Part shown: positions 26,640 to 38,700 of the stretch, piece by piece | Position numbering within the stretch: the stretch's first letter is position 1 | Layout: the number at the start of each line of letters is the position of its first letter | Assembly: GCF_963921235.1 (NCBI RefSeq) | Contig: NC_086097.1 | Location: forward strand, 113,958,001-114,022,000 | DNA from: Mobula hypostoma | Lineage: Eukaryota | Direction: 5' to 3' | Length of the DNA stretch: 64,000 nucleotides | The notes under the pieces: model-generated | What the model was told of the DNA's origin: nothing | Database searches by the model: none | Seen by the model: only the letters and a program-made list of their open reading frames with translations | Made by a program: the position numbers and the translations under genes

Positions 26640-29600
26640 CCGGCGGTCCAATCAGCGTCGGGAGCAGAGCAGAGCATTCGAAGAGGTTACTCGCGAAGCT
26701 AGTGTAAAAGGAGAGCTTCGCGGGTGTTCCGACATTCAGCAGCGGGAGCAGAGCACTGCGAAGTAAATAGAAGTACAAAAGGGGGCAAGCGCAGTGGCCG
26801 TCGTTGGGAGTGGGCCAGTGGTGAGAGAAGGAGCGTCAGGCTTTGACTCAACAGGTTTGGAGGAGTAGAGGCCGAGGCCGAGGCCAAAGAAACAGGTTAG
26901 AAGATTTGGTCTTGGTTTCCCATTGCACAGTGCAGGCAGGATGGCAGATAGGGCAGTGGAATGCTCCTCCTGTAGGATGTGGGAATTCATGGACCCTGAG
27001 AATCTCCGTGATGACTAAATCTGTGGGGAGTGCAGCCAACTCCAGCTCATGAAGGACCACATTAAGGAGCTGGAGCTGGAGTTGAATGAACTAGTATCAT
27101 CCGGGAGGTAGAGCAATTGATAGATATGACTTTTGAGCAGATGATTACACCCAGAGTGCAGAATTTGGGGAGTAGATGGGTGAACACCGAGAGAGGTAAA
27201 GAGAGATGGTGTGGCCATTCCCCTCAGCAACAGGTATACCCCTTTGGATACTGCTGAGGGGGATGACCTATCTGGGCAAGGCAGCAGCAGCCAGACCAAC
27301 AGCACTGCGGTCAGCTCCGAGTCCCAGAAGGGAAGGGTGAAGTCAGGCGGAGCAATAGTCATAGGGGACTCGATAGTTAGGGAGACAGATAGGAGATTCT
27401 GCAGCAGCAAAGGAGACACCAGAAGAGTGTGTTGCCTCCCGGGTGCTAGGGTCCAGAATGTCTCTGAGTGGTTGTAGAATATTCTTGAAGGGGAGGGTGA
27501 GCAGCCGGAGGTCGTGATACGTGTTGGTACCAAAGACAGGCAGGAGAGGGGTAGAGGTCCTATGCAGTAAGTTTAAGGAGTTAGGAAGGAGGCTGCAAGG
27601 AGTTTATAAGGAAGCATAGCCAGATGACAGAGTAAGAAGCACTCAGCCAGATGGGTGAGATGTGTCTATTTTAATGCAAAGTGTATCATAAGCAAGGCGG
27701 ATGAACTTAGAACATGGATGAAAATGCGGACCTATGATGTGACCATCACAGAGACTAGGGTGACTCTGGGGCAGGAATGACTGCTGAGTGTGCTGGGCTA
27801 TAGATGTTTCAGAAAGGACAGGGAGGGAGGCAAAAGAGGTGGGAGCATGGCATTGCTAATCAGCGAGAGTGCTATGGCTGCAGAAAAAGAGGAAGTCATG
27901 GAGGGATTGTCTCCTGAGTCAATGTGGGTGGAAGTCAGAAACAGGAAGGGGACAATAACTCTACTGGGTGTTTTTTATAGACCCCCAACAGCAACAGACT
28001 TATCAAGGAAAAGATAGGGAGGCCATGAGAAGGCTTTGGCAAGCAGGATTAAGGAAAACCCCAAGGCATTCTACAAGTATGTGAAGACCAAGAGGATGAG
28101 CTGTGTGAGAATAGGACCGATCAGGAGTGAAAGTGGAAACATGCATGGAGATGGAGGAGTTAGCGAAGGTACTTACTGAATACTTTGCTTCAGTTTTCAG
28201 CAGTGAAAAGAACCTTGACAATTGTGGGGATGAGTTACAACAGACTGAAATGCTTGAGTCTATAGACATTAAGAAAGAGGATGTGCTGGAGCTTTTGAAA
28301 GGTATTAAATTAGATAGGTCACCGGGACCTGATGAGATATACCCAGGCTACTGTGGGAAGTGAAGGAGGAGATTGCTGACCCTCTGGCAATGATCTTTGC
28401 ATCATCAGTTGGGACGGGAGAATTACCAGAGGATTAGAAAGTTGCAAACATTGTTCCCTAGTTCAAGAAAGGAAGAAGAGATAACCGAGGAAATTATAGA
28501 GCTGTGAGTTTCACTTCAGTGGTGGGTAAGTTTTTGGAGAAGATCCTGATAGGCAGGATTTATGAGCAATTGGAGAGACAAAACCTCTTTCATGATAGTC
28601 GGCTTGGCTTTGTTAAGGGCAGGCCATGCCTTACGAACCTAATGAGGATGTAACCAAACACATTAATGAAGGTAAAGCTGTAGATTAGTACATATGGGTT
28701 TCAGCAAGGCCTACATTAAGGTCCCTGTGTGAGGCTCATTCAGAAAGACATGGGATCCAAGGAGACCTTGCTTTGTGGATCCAGAATTAGCTTGCTCACA
28801 GACAGCAATGGTGGTTGTGAATGGTTCGTATTCTGCATGGAGGACAGTGACCAGCGGTGTTCCACAGAAATTTGTCCTGGGACCCCTCCCCTTTGTGATC
28901 TTTATAAGTTATTTGGATGAGGAAGTAGAAGGGTGAGTTAGTAAGTTTGCTGATGACACAAAAGTTCTGGGCATTGTGAGTAGTCTGGAGGATCGTCAGA
29001 GGTTACAGCGTGACATCGATAGGATGCAGAAGTGGGCTGAGAAGTGGCAGATGGAGTTCAACCCAGATAAGTGTGAGGTGGATCATTTTGGTAGGTCAAA
29101 TTTGAAGACAGTATATAATATTAATGGCAATACTCTCAGCAGTGTGGTGGATCAGAGAAATCTTGGGGTCCATGTCCATCGGACATTCAAAGCTGCTGCC
29201 TAGGTTGACTTTGTTGTTAAGAAGGCATATGGTGTGTTGGCCATCATCAGCTGTGGGACTGAGTTCAAAAGCCGTGAGGTAATGTGACAACTATACAAGA
29301 CCTTGGTCGGTCCCCACATGGAGTACTGTGCTGAGTTCTGGTCACCTCACTACAGGAAGGATGTGGATACTCTAGAAAGAGTGCAGAGGAGATTTACAAG
29401 GATGTTGCCTGGATTGGAGAGTGCGCCTATGAAAATAGGTTGAGTGAACTTGGCTTTTTCTTCTTGGAGCCACAGAGGATGAGAGGTGACCTGATGGAGG
29501 TGTACAAGATGATGAGGGGCATTGATCATGTGGATAGCCAGAGGCTTTTTCCCAGGGCTGAAATGGCTATCACAAGAGGGCACGGTTTAAAGGTGCTTTG

Positions 29601-29855
29601 AAGTAGGTACAAGGGAGATGTCAGAGTTAAGTTTTTCCACACAAAGAATGGTGGGAGCATGGAGTGCACTGCCATTGAAGGCAGTAGAGGCGGATACAAT
29701 AGGCTCTTTTAAGAGATTTTTAGATAGGTACATGGAGCTTACAAAAATAGAGGGCTATGTGGTAGGGGAATTCTAGGCAATTTCTAGAGTAGGTTACAAG
29801 GTAAGCATAACATTGTGGGCTGAATGGCCTGTAATGTGCTGTAGATTTCTATGTA
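26640..29855 (+). mobile_element. Near full-length CR1 (5' UTR, ORF1 Zn-finger + esterase, internally deleted ORF2)
   Basis: MADRAVECSSCRMWEF at 26941, IPLSNRY, IVIGDSIVR, FYRPP, then a jump at ~28020 to ALASRIKENPKAFYKY, KFADDTK, CR1 tail. Confidence 0.92.
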
Positions 29856-29959
29856 ATAGGTCTGTAAAAATAAAATATGTTGATTATATATTTATAATAT
29901 TAAATACTCATTATTAAATATATGAATATATAATATTTCGATTTAATATTAAAATACGA

Positions 29960-31070
29960 CAAAGACTCAAACTGTAAATTAACGTTCTGGGAGTCTTGCA
30001 CGAGGACCCTCAAGTTCCTTTGCACCTCTGATGTATGAACCTTTTCCCCATTTAGATAATAGTTCACACTATTGTTCCTTTTACCAAAATGCATTATCAT
30101 ACATTTCCCAACTCTGTTTTCCATCTGCCACTTTTTTGCCCATTTTTTCAATTTGCTGAGTCTTGCTTCCTCAACACTACCTACCCCTCCACCTATCTTC
30201 ATATCATCTGCAAACTTTGCCACAAATTATCCAAATCACTGACAAACAATGTGAAAAGTAGCAGTCCCAATAGTGACCCTGAGGAACACCACTAGTCACT
30301 GGCAGCCAATCAGAAAAGGCCATTTTTATTCCCACTCACTGTCTCCTGCCTGTCTATCTATGCCAGTGTCTTTCCTTTAAAGCCATACGATTTTTATCCT
30401 TTTAAGCAACCTCATGTGTGACATCTTATCAAAGGCCTTCTGAAAATCCAAGTAAATGACATCCACTGCCTCTCCTTTGTCCACCCTGCTTGTTAATTCC
30501 TCGAAGATCTCTAACAGATTTGTCTGGCAAGATTTCCCTTTACAGAAATCATGCTGACTTTGACCTTTGACTTATTTTATCATTAGTCTCCAAGTACTCT
30601 GAAACCTCATCCTTAATAATAGACTTCAACTTTTTCCCAACCACTGAGGTTAACCTAACTGGCATATAATTTCCTTTCTTTTGCCTTCCTCCCTTCTTAA
30701 AGAGTGGAGTGACATTTGCAATCTTCCAGTTCTCCAGGACCATACCAGAATCAAGTGATTCTTGAAGGATCATGACCAATGCATCCATTATCTCTTCAGC
30801 AACCTCTCTCAGGACTTTGGGATGCAGTCCATCTCGTCCAGGTGACTTATCCACCTTTAGACCTCTGAGTTTGCCTAGCACTTTCTCCTTTGTAATGGCA
30901 ATGGCACGCACTCCTGCTCCCTGATACCCACTGACCACTGGTACACTGCTTGTGTCTTCCACAGTGAAGACAGATGCAAAGTACTCATTAAGTTCATCTG
31001 CCATTTCCTTTTCCCCCATTACTACATCACCAGAATCATTTTCCAGTGGTCCAATATAAACTCCCACCTC
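29960..31070 (-). mobile_element. CR1 RT fragment
   Basis: MADELNEYFASVF, WKIANVTPLFKKG, AKFADD. Confidence 0.9.
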
Positions 31071-31784
31071 TCTTTATATTCTGCTTTATATTATTACTAT
31101 AGTATGGTGCAAAAGTCTTCGGCACCTTATGTAAGTGCCTGAGACTTTTAAACAGCATGTAACTCCTGAGTGAAATTTAAATTGGTCCTTGCTGGTTCCC
31201 ATAAAATCACATAATTGTAAAAGTTGAATAGATAGTTTTTACTGTCTCAGTTGTCATTGTGGTTCGCCAAGGGTAAAACTATTTGTTTAAATCAGCCATG
31301 TTTCCCTTTATTGACTGCCAATAGGCTTACTGCTCACCAGGCCACTTCCCCAGAAACTAAAATCCTTCCATAATGATGGAAACATATGGGAATAAGTTTG
31401 TACTTTGGATGCAAGCCAAATTTCAAAATAAGCGGCACCCAAAATTTCACAGAATTTGGAAAATGTTTTCTCTTAAAATTATGGCAATCTTAAACAGTGG
31501 AGCTAATGTTTTCTAAAGCAGTTGGCATTCATTAAATCATATCTTCACCTCTTGATGGCAACTTTGATTGACTACAAATGAGTGTGCATTTTGAACATTC
31601 AGTGCTACATTCCAGTTTGAAACATGAAGTTTCAAATAATGTCTTCTTCAAACCACACAACTGCATTTGTTGAACACTTGGGCTTCAGCCTTCCCAGATC
31701 ATTCATCTCCTAAGCATTGCTGGACGTGAGATGTAAAAGCAGAAAATGTTGGAAATACTCAATAGGTCAGGCATTATCAGTAGA

Positions 31785-32130
31785 AATCAGAATCAGAATC
31801 ATGTTTAATATCATCGGCAAATGTGGTGAAATTTGTCTTTGCAGCAGCAGTACAATGCAATACATAATAGAAAAAAAACATGAATTACAGTAAGTATATA
31901 TACTCTATATTAAATAGTTTAATTAAATATGTGTGCAAAACTTGAAATAAAAAGTAGTGAGATAGCATTCATGAGTCCATTTAGAAATTTGATGACAGAG
32001 GAGAAGAAGCCATTCCTGAATTGATGAGTGTGTGCCTTCAGGCTTCTGTACCTCCTTCCTGATGGTAGCAAAGAGAACAAGGCATGATCTGGGTGATGGG
32101 GGTCCTTAATTATGGATGCCGCCTTTGAGG
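31785..32130 (-). mobile_element. Rex-type LINE 3' end with (GATTCT)n tail
   Basis: KAASIIKDPHHPDHALFSLLPSGRRYRSL; aatcagaatcagaatc on +. Confidence 0.85.
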
Positions 32131-32864
32131 CAAACACTTTGAAAAGGGCAGAGGTAGGTCAAATGTTTGATAATAGAAAGTGCCTGATTGAATTTGCCAT
32201 GTAATTCAAAACAACCTGCAAATACTAGTTATTGCAACTCCGCTCCATGTTAAATCAATTTTCGATCACATTGCCCTGAAATTAATGGAGAATATGGCCA
32301 AATTTCTAGGCTGATCAATTCCTCATAATTTTGCTTTACTCTATCGCCAGACATGGAATATTTTACTCATGAATTAGTAAAGCAAAGAATGAGAAAAACA
32401 AGGTTTCTGCAAACCCAGGGTCCAGACCACTGTGTCATGTAAGAACTACAATTTGAAAGGCAAATAAGACTAAGTCTTTATTTTTTATGCTATGGACCAC
32501 TACCATTAACTGCGACTGCGGACACCAGGTTGGGAACCCCTGGTCTAAGTGTAAAGGTCAGATGAGGTTTCATCTCAGAATCTACACATTCAGGGAGAAA
32601 ATACCGCTTGCGACTTATGTAGACACTTGGGCACAAGCTATGGGTTGACGTTTCATTTGTGCAATCTCTCATTCTCTCTGCCTCTGAGAAGATACTTTTG
32701 CTTAGGTGGAGAGCATTAGTGAACTCAAAAATGCAGTATTGTGATGCAAGTATGACATTAATCTGTTGCTGTTGCCTGGACTGATCTGGACGTACCAATT
32801 TAAGAATATTTCACTGAACTAACAGCCAGATTTAAAGCATTGTTATGCTTTCAAGCCCATAATT

Positions 32865-35577
32865 TCAGGATTCAAGATCTAATGACATTTCCTGTACACC
32901 AGTGTAAAGGGGAACAAAATAATTGTTCCTTCAAATATGATGCATCATAAAAAAAACACAAGAGATAAATAACACAATAATAAAAAGCAAAATTTTTGTA
33001 GCTTGAGAAAAATACGCATGCAGGAAACAAATACTTTTTTGGGTCTTTCGTTCCTTTGTCTATTTTAGATGTTTTAAATGCAGAAAGAGGGTATCAAAAT
33101 AAAAAGGACGAAATGAATTTTAAAAAACAGTTCCTCTTACAGTTTCGGACCACACCCTTGTTATTTATGCATTATGAAAATAACTAAAACAAAATATACA
33201 AAACCAATACAGTGGTGGCAGTTCTAAAACAAACCAATACAAACAATGCTACAATACTACCAACCCTGTACCTTATATATGAGTAAGCACATCTCATCTT
33301 AACTAAGAGATATTTCCACTCACGTGCTTTATTTCCAAACACATATAGGCTAGACCTTGAAATGAGTTCTCCTCACTCACACTACATGAACAGAGATTAA
33401 CACATTCACATTACTCCTTTATATTCACATTCGGTCATGAAACAATAAAGAAAGAGAAAAATAAACTTTTACAATATATTGCATTGTAGTTGAATTACTA
33501 AGATGACTAACCTAGTAGGCCGATAAGGGAATTTGCACAACCATGCTATTCCAAAGCTGACACCTACCTAGCGAAAATCTAAATTTCCATGTCAAATTAC
33601 CGATATCCTAGATTTACAAACAAGTATAAACAAATTTACACAGATATTATTCACCATTCCTCACCAAACCTGGGAAAAGCACTCGAACGTCATTCTCTAT
33701 AGAACAATGCAACTCTTCGCTCTACTCCACCCGCGTAAAATGACATCACCGTTTTCTCTTAAAGGCACAGGCAGCTATTTTAGCATTGTCAAGGTGAATA
33801 TGTAAGTGCACTTTAAAACTGATATTCAGCAGTCACCTGGTTACATAATAAATATAAATACATAAGATAGCTAGTGTACATAGATTGGTTGTATGTCCAC
33901 AATAATGTACATAATGACAGGAAATAATTAAGTAGTGATGGAGTTAGTGGATGGAGGTGTTTGATCAGCCTTATTGCTTGGGGAAAGTAACTGATTTTGA
34001 GTCTGGTGTCCCTGGCGTGGGTGCTACATAGCCTCCTCCCTGATGGAAGTGGGACAAACAATCCATGAGCAGTGTGGGTGAGATTCCTCATGATATTACT
34101 GGCCCCTTTCTGGCAACTTTCTGTGTATATGTCCTTGATGACGGGTAGGGTGGTGCCACTGATGCATTGGGCAGTTTTGACTACCCGTTGTCTGCCACAG
34201 TGCAGTTTCCGTACCAAGCAATGATGCAGCTTGTCAGGGTGCTCTCTACTGAGCAATGTAGAATGATGTAAGTGTGGCTGTGCAAAGTCCAGTTCTCTTC
34301 GGCCTCCTCAGAAAATAAAGTCATTGGTGAGGTTTCTTGACTGTGTAGGATGGGCTCTGGGGACCATGAACGTTCGTGTGTAATGTGCACTGCCAGGAGT
34401 TTGAAACTGCTTGCGGTGTCCACTGCTGTGCTGCCAATGTAAAGGGAGGGGGGTGTTGGTGGTATGAGTTCTCCTGAAGTCGATAACCATCTCCTTTGTC
34501 TTGTCGACATTAAAGAAGAGGTTATTTGCCTGACATCAGGCCTCAGGCTCTTCCACCTCCTCACTGTTGGTGGTGATCCCCGTCACTATTGCGTCATACT
34601 TGCCGATGTGATTACTCAGGTGTGTGGCGGTGAGTCACGCAGCAGCGGAGTGTACAGCAATGGGCTCTGCACACAGTCGTGGGCAGAATCCGTGCTGAAG
34701 ATGATGGGTAGGGAGAAGCGCTTGTGCATCCTGAATATCCAAGGTCTGCTCATTAGGAAGTCGAACATTTTGTTGCACAGTGGTGTACTTAGGCCGAGGA
34801 ATAGGGGTTTGTTTACCATGGTCTGTGGTACAATAGTGTTGAATACCAAACTGAAATCCAAAAGCAGCATTCTGACATCATGAGTGTCCTTACTTTCTAG
34901 GTGTAATAGGGCCAGGTGTATGGCAGATGTAATGGCATCTGTCGTAGAGTGGTTCTGTCAGTAGGTATATTGGTGAGTGTCCAGTGTGGCAGGAATAGAG
35001 TTTTTGATGTGTACCATAATTACCAGCCATTCAAAGTACCTTATGGTGTTCGGCGTCAGTGCCATCGGGCTGTAGTCCTTTAGTTCTGAAGGTGTACAGG
35101 GATGATGGTGGCTTATTTGAAATGTGTGGGGACAGTAGTCTGGATGAGTGAGGTGTTGAGGATGTCCGTGAAGACATCAGTGAGCTGGTGTACACACTCG
35201 GCCTGGAATATTTTGCCCAGCTGCCTTATAGGGGTTGACTCTCTGCAGAGTCCTTTTCACATCTGTTGTTGTTACAGATAATGGCTGCTCACCTGGGAGG
35301 GGGGTAGCTTTCATTGCTGGCATTGTGTTGCATACCTCTAAACATGCATGGAAGTTTTTTAGAGTGCCGGCAAAGCATCACTGTCACGGCTGACGCTGCT
35401 TTTCCTTGCGTAGTCAGTAACACCTTTAACGCCCAGCCACATACATCAGAGATCATGACCAGAACTGTGTTCCTGAATGTTTTTGTGTGTGTAGGTGGCC
35501 TTTGCCCTGTTGATGCCTAAGGTAAAGTTCCTCCTGGCTGCTCTGAGGGCTATCCTATCAACAGACTTGAAGGCAAC
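32865..35577 (-). mobile_element. Rex1/Babar LINE, RT and 3' end (host of the nest)
   Basis: LLLDFSLVFNTI, SVESTLTSCIIAWYGNCT, HGLFVPLPSGRRL; continues at 44066. Confidence 0.88.
32997..33845. mobile_element. Candidate solo LTR inside the Rex 3' UTR
   Basis: TGTA...TACA ends; Rex UTR resumes on both sides; no clean TSD. Confidence 0.4.
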
Positions 35578-35766
35578 TGTAGTGATATGATGTGTCAGAA
35601 CGTGATTGGAGGGAGTTCTGAGCATGCGCAGAAATGATAGAATGATCAAGAACATGGTACTGTAGGAAACATGGTTTGGTTGTTGCTGTAAATAAAAGTT
35701 CTATGTCCACAGAATATGTTTCTTTATTAGTAAGTCATGGTACATATAAATATAAAGAACACAACA
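35578..35766 (+). repeat. 5' LTR
   Basis: Direct repeat of 43867-44060; contains AATAAA; followed by the PBS. Confidence 0.95.
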
Positions 35767-36561
35767 TGGTGTCAGAAGTCGGTCTGGAAGAATAATATGT
35801 TTCCTAACACGGGACAATCGAAGATAAAAAAGAGTTTGAACTGTTTTGGTATTTGCTAACAGTTTACAAATGGAAGGTTTGCAGCCTCCACCGACACTTC
35901 AATTGTTTGGGAACATTGCTGAGAACCGGAAGAAGTTTAAACAATGTTTTGAATTGTTTTTATTGGTGATCAAAGTGGATAGAAAATCGGAAAAAACGAA
36001 AGCTGCGCTTCTACTCCATGTAATAGGTGACGATGCAATTAAGGTATATAATCATTTTATTTTTGAAAATGGAGATAATTTAAAGTTGGAATCAATAATG
36101 AACAAATTTAAAGCATTTTGTATACCGAAGCGTAATGTGACATATGAAAGGCACAAATTTTTTACATGTACGCAGAGAGCTGGTAAAACAATTGATCAAT
36201 ATGTTACTGAGTTGAGACACCAGAGTAAAACGTGCGAGTTTGGAGAACTGACAGGCTCTCTTATTAAAGACAGAATTGTTTGTGGTATTCGGGATAATGG
36301 TCTGAGAGAAAAACTGTGAAGAGAACAAGACTTAGACTTGGAAAAAGCTTTGATGCTCTGCAAAGCTTTGGAAACTGTGACATCACAGGCTAATGACCTT
36401 TTCATTGAGAGCTGCAACATAGACACTGTAAAAAAGCGCAAACATATTAGAAAAATAATAAAACGACAACAAAACCGACAGAGAGCAAAATGTCATCTGA
36501 GAGAAAAAAGCTATGTGATCGCTGTGAGCGGCAGCAGCGGCCAAAACAGTGTCCAGCATAT

Positions 36562-37246
36562 TAGATTAAATTATAAGAACACTCAGTACTCTTTTATTGT
36601 CATTTAGAAATGCATACATGCATTAAGAATGATACGTTTCTCTGGAGTGATATCACAGAAAACAGGACAAACCAAAGATTAACACTGACAGAACCACATA
36701 ATTATAACATATAGTTACAGCAGTGCAAAGCCATACCATAATTTGATGAAGAACAAACCATGAGCACGGTAAATAAAGTCTCAAATGTCCCTGAGTTGAT
36801 CGACTCCCGAGTCCCCGATAACAGGCAGCAAAAGGGAGAAACTTCCTGCCATAAACCTCCAGGCACCGTCAACTTGTTGATGCCTTGGAAACAGCTGATC
36901 ACAGCCGACACTGAGTCTATCGTCTGAAAACTTCGAGCTTCCGATCAGCCTCTCCGATACAGCCTCCCGAGTACCATTCTCTGCTGAGCGCCTTCGACCT
37001 CGCCCCGGCCGCTGAAACACGCAAAGCCGAGGATTTCAGGGCCTTCTGCTCCAGAGATTCCAGTTACCACACAGTAGCAGCGGCAGTGAAACGGGCAGTT
37101 CAGAAGTTTTCCAGATGTTCCTCCGTACTCTCACGTCCGTCTCCATCAAATCAGAATTGTGCACGGTCCCCTGCTTGACAGATAACAGACATCACAATCG
37201 AAGTGACTGCTGTTACGCCACCATCTTCTCCTCCTCCACGTTCTAT
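36562..37246 (-). mobile_element. Non-coding SINE-like retroposon inserted in the gag zinc-knuckle region
   Basis: GCATAT at 36556-36561 and 37247-37252; removing the insert restores KQCPAYGIMCNDCSKSNHF. Confidence 0.75.
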
Positions 37247-38700
37247 GCATATGGGATAATGTGCAATGACTGCAGTAAGAGTAATCATTTTTCATACTGT
37301 TGCATAAGTAGAAAGAAAATGAAACAAGTAAGTGCAGTGCTTGAAAATGAACTGGAGGAGTTTTATATAGATGTGCTTTGTGAAAACAAACAAAGTAAGA
37401 ATGACTGGACTATTCCATTGCAAGTGAACCAAAGCAATACTCTGTTTAAACTTGATACTGGAGCACAAGTAAATGTTCTTGCAGAATCTGAGTTTAATGC
37501 ATTAAAACCAAGACCAAAGTTACATAAAACAAATATAAAAGTGACTGGGTATTCAGGTGCAGACATTCCATTTAAAGGAACATGTGTGGCAAAAGTATCA
37601 CAAAAAATATTGTGCACATGGTTTCATTTGTGGTGGTGCCAAAGAAAGTACAGTCAATACTGGGTTTATCTGTCTGTGAGAGACTGAATTTGGTGAAAAG
37701 AGTATTAGTCCTGGACAGTGAAACAGAGTCAGAATACAGTGACTTGATGAAAGAGTACAAGGACTCGTTCAAAGCGCTTGGTTGTCTTCCAGGAGAGCAC
37801 ACGATTAAAATTGACAATACAGTGCAACCCATAGTACATCCATGAAGAAAAGTACCTTTTGCATTACATCATCAACTGAAAACAGAGCTTGACAGAATGG
37901 GATGGCTAGGAGTCATAAAAAAAATTGATGAACCAACTGAATGGGTCAATTTGCTTGTTATAGTTGATAAGAAAAATGGAAAACTGAGAATTTGCTTAGA
38001 TCCAAGAGACTTGAATCAAGCCATTAAAAGAGAGCATTTCAAATTGCCTACTTGTGAAGAAATTACGTCACAGTTTGCTAATACAAAGTACTTTAGTGAA
38101 TTAGATGCATCCTCTGGATTCTGGCAACTGAAACTAGATGAACCGAGTTTGAAGTTGTGTACCTTTAACACTCCTTTTGCTAGACACTGTTTTCTTTGGC
38201 TTCCATTTGGAATTGCATCAGCTCCTGAAGTGTACCGTAAAACCATTCACACGCTATATGAGCACATCCATGGACCATATTATTGTTTGGGGATCATCTA
38301 AACAAGAGCATGAAGCCAGACTCAGACAAGTCTTTGAGGCAACACGCAAGGCAAACCTGAAGTTGAATAAAGACAACTGTCAGCTAGGAGTGACTGAACT
38401 TACCTTTGTGGGTGATATCATCAGCAAGGAGGGTGTGCGTCCTGATCCATTGAAGCTTTCTGCTATTGAGAACATGCCAAGACTGCAATGTAGAAAGGAT
38501 GTTCAAAGGTTTATGGGAATGGTCAACTACATGGGAAAATTCATACCCAATCTTTCAGAACAGCTTGCTCCATTGAGACAGGTAACAGAAAAGAGAAACG
38601 AATGGAGCTGGAATTATGAACAGGAGAAGGCATGGCAAAATCTCAAGAAAGGGCTCACTAAAGAACCTGTGTTGAAATTCTATAATGCGGAGAGACCCAT

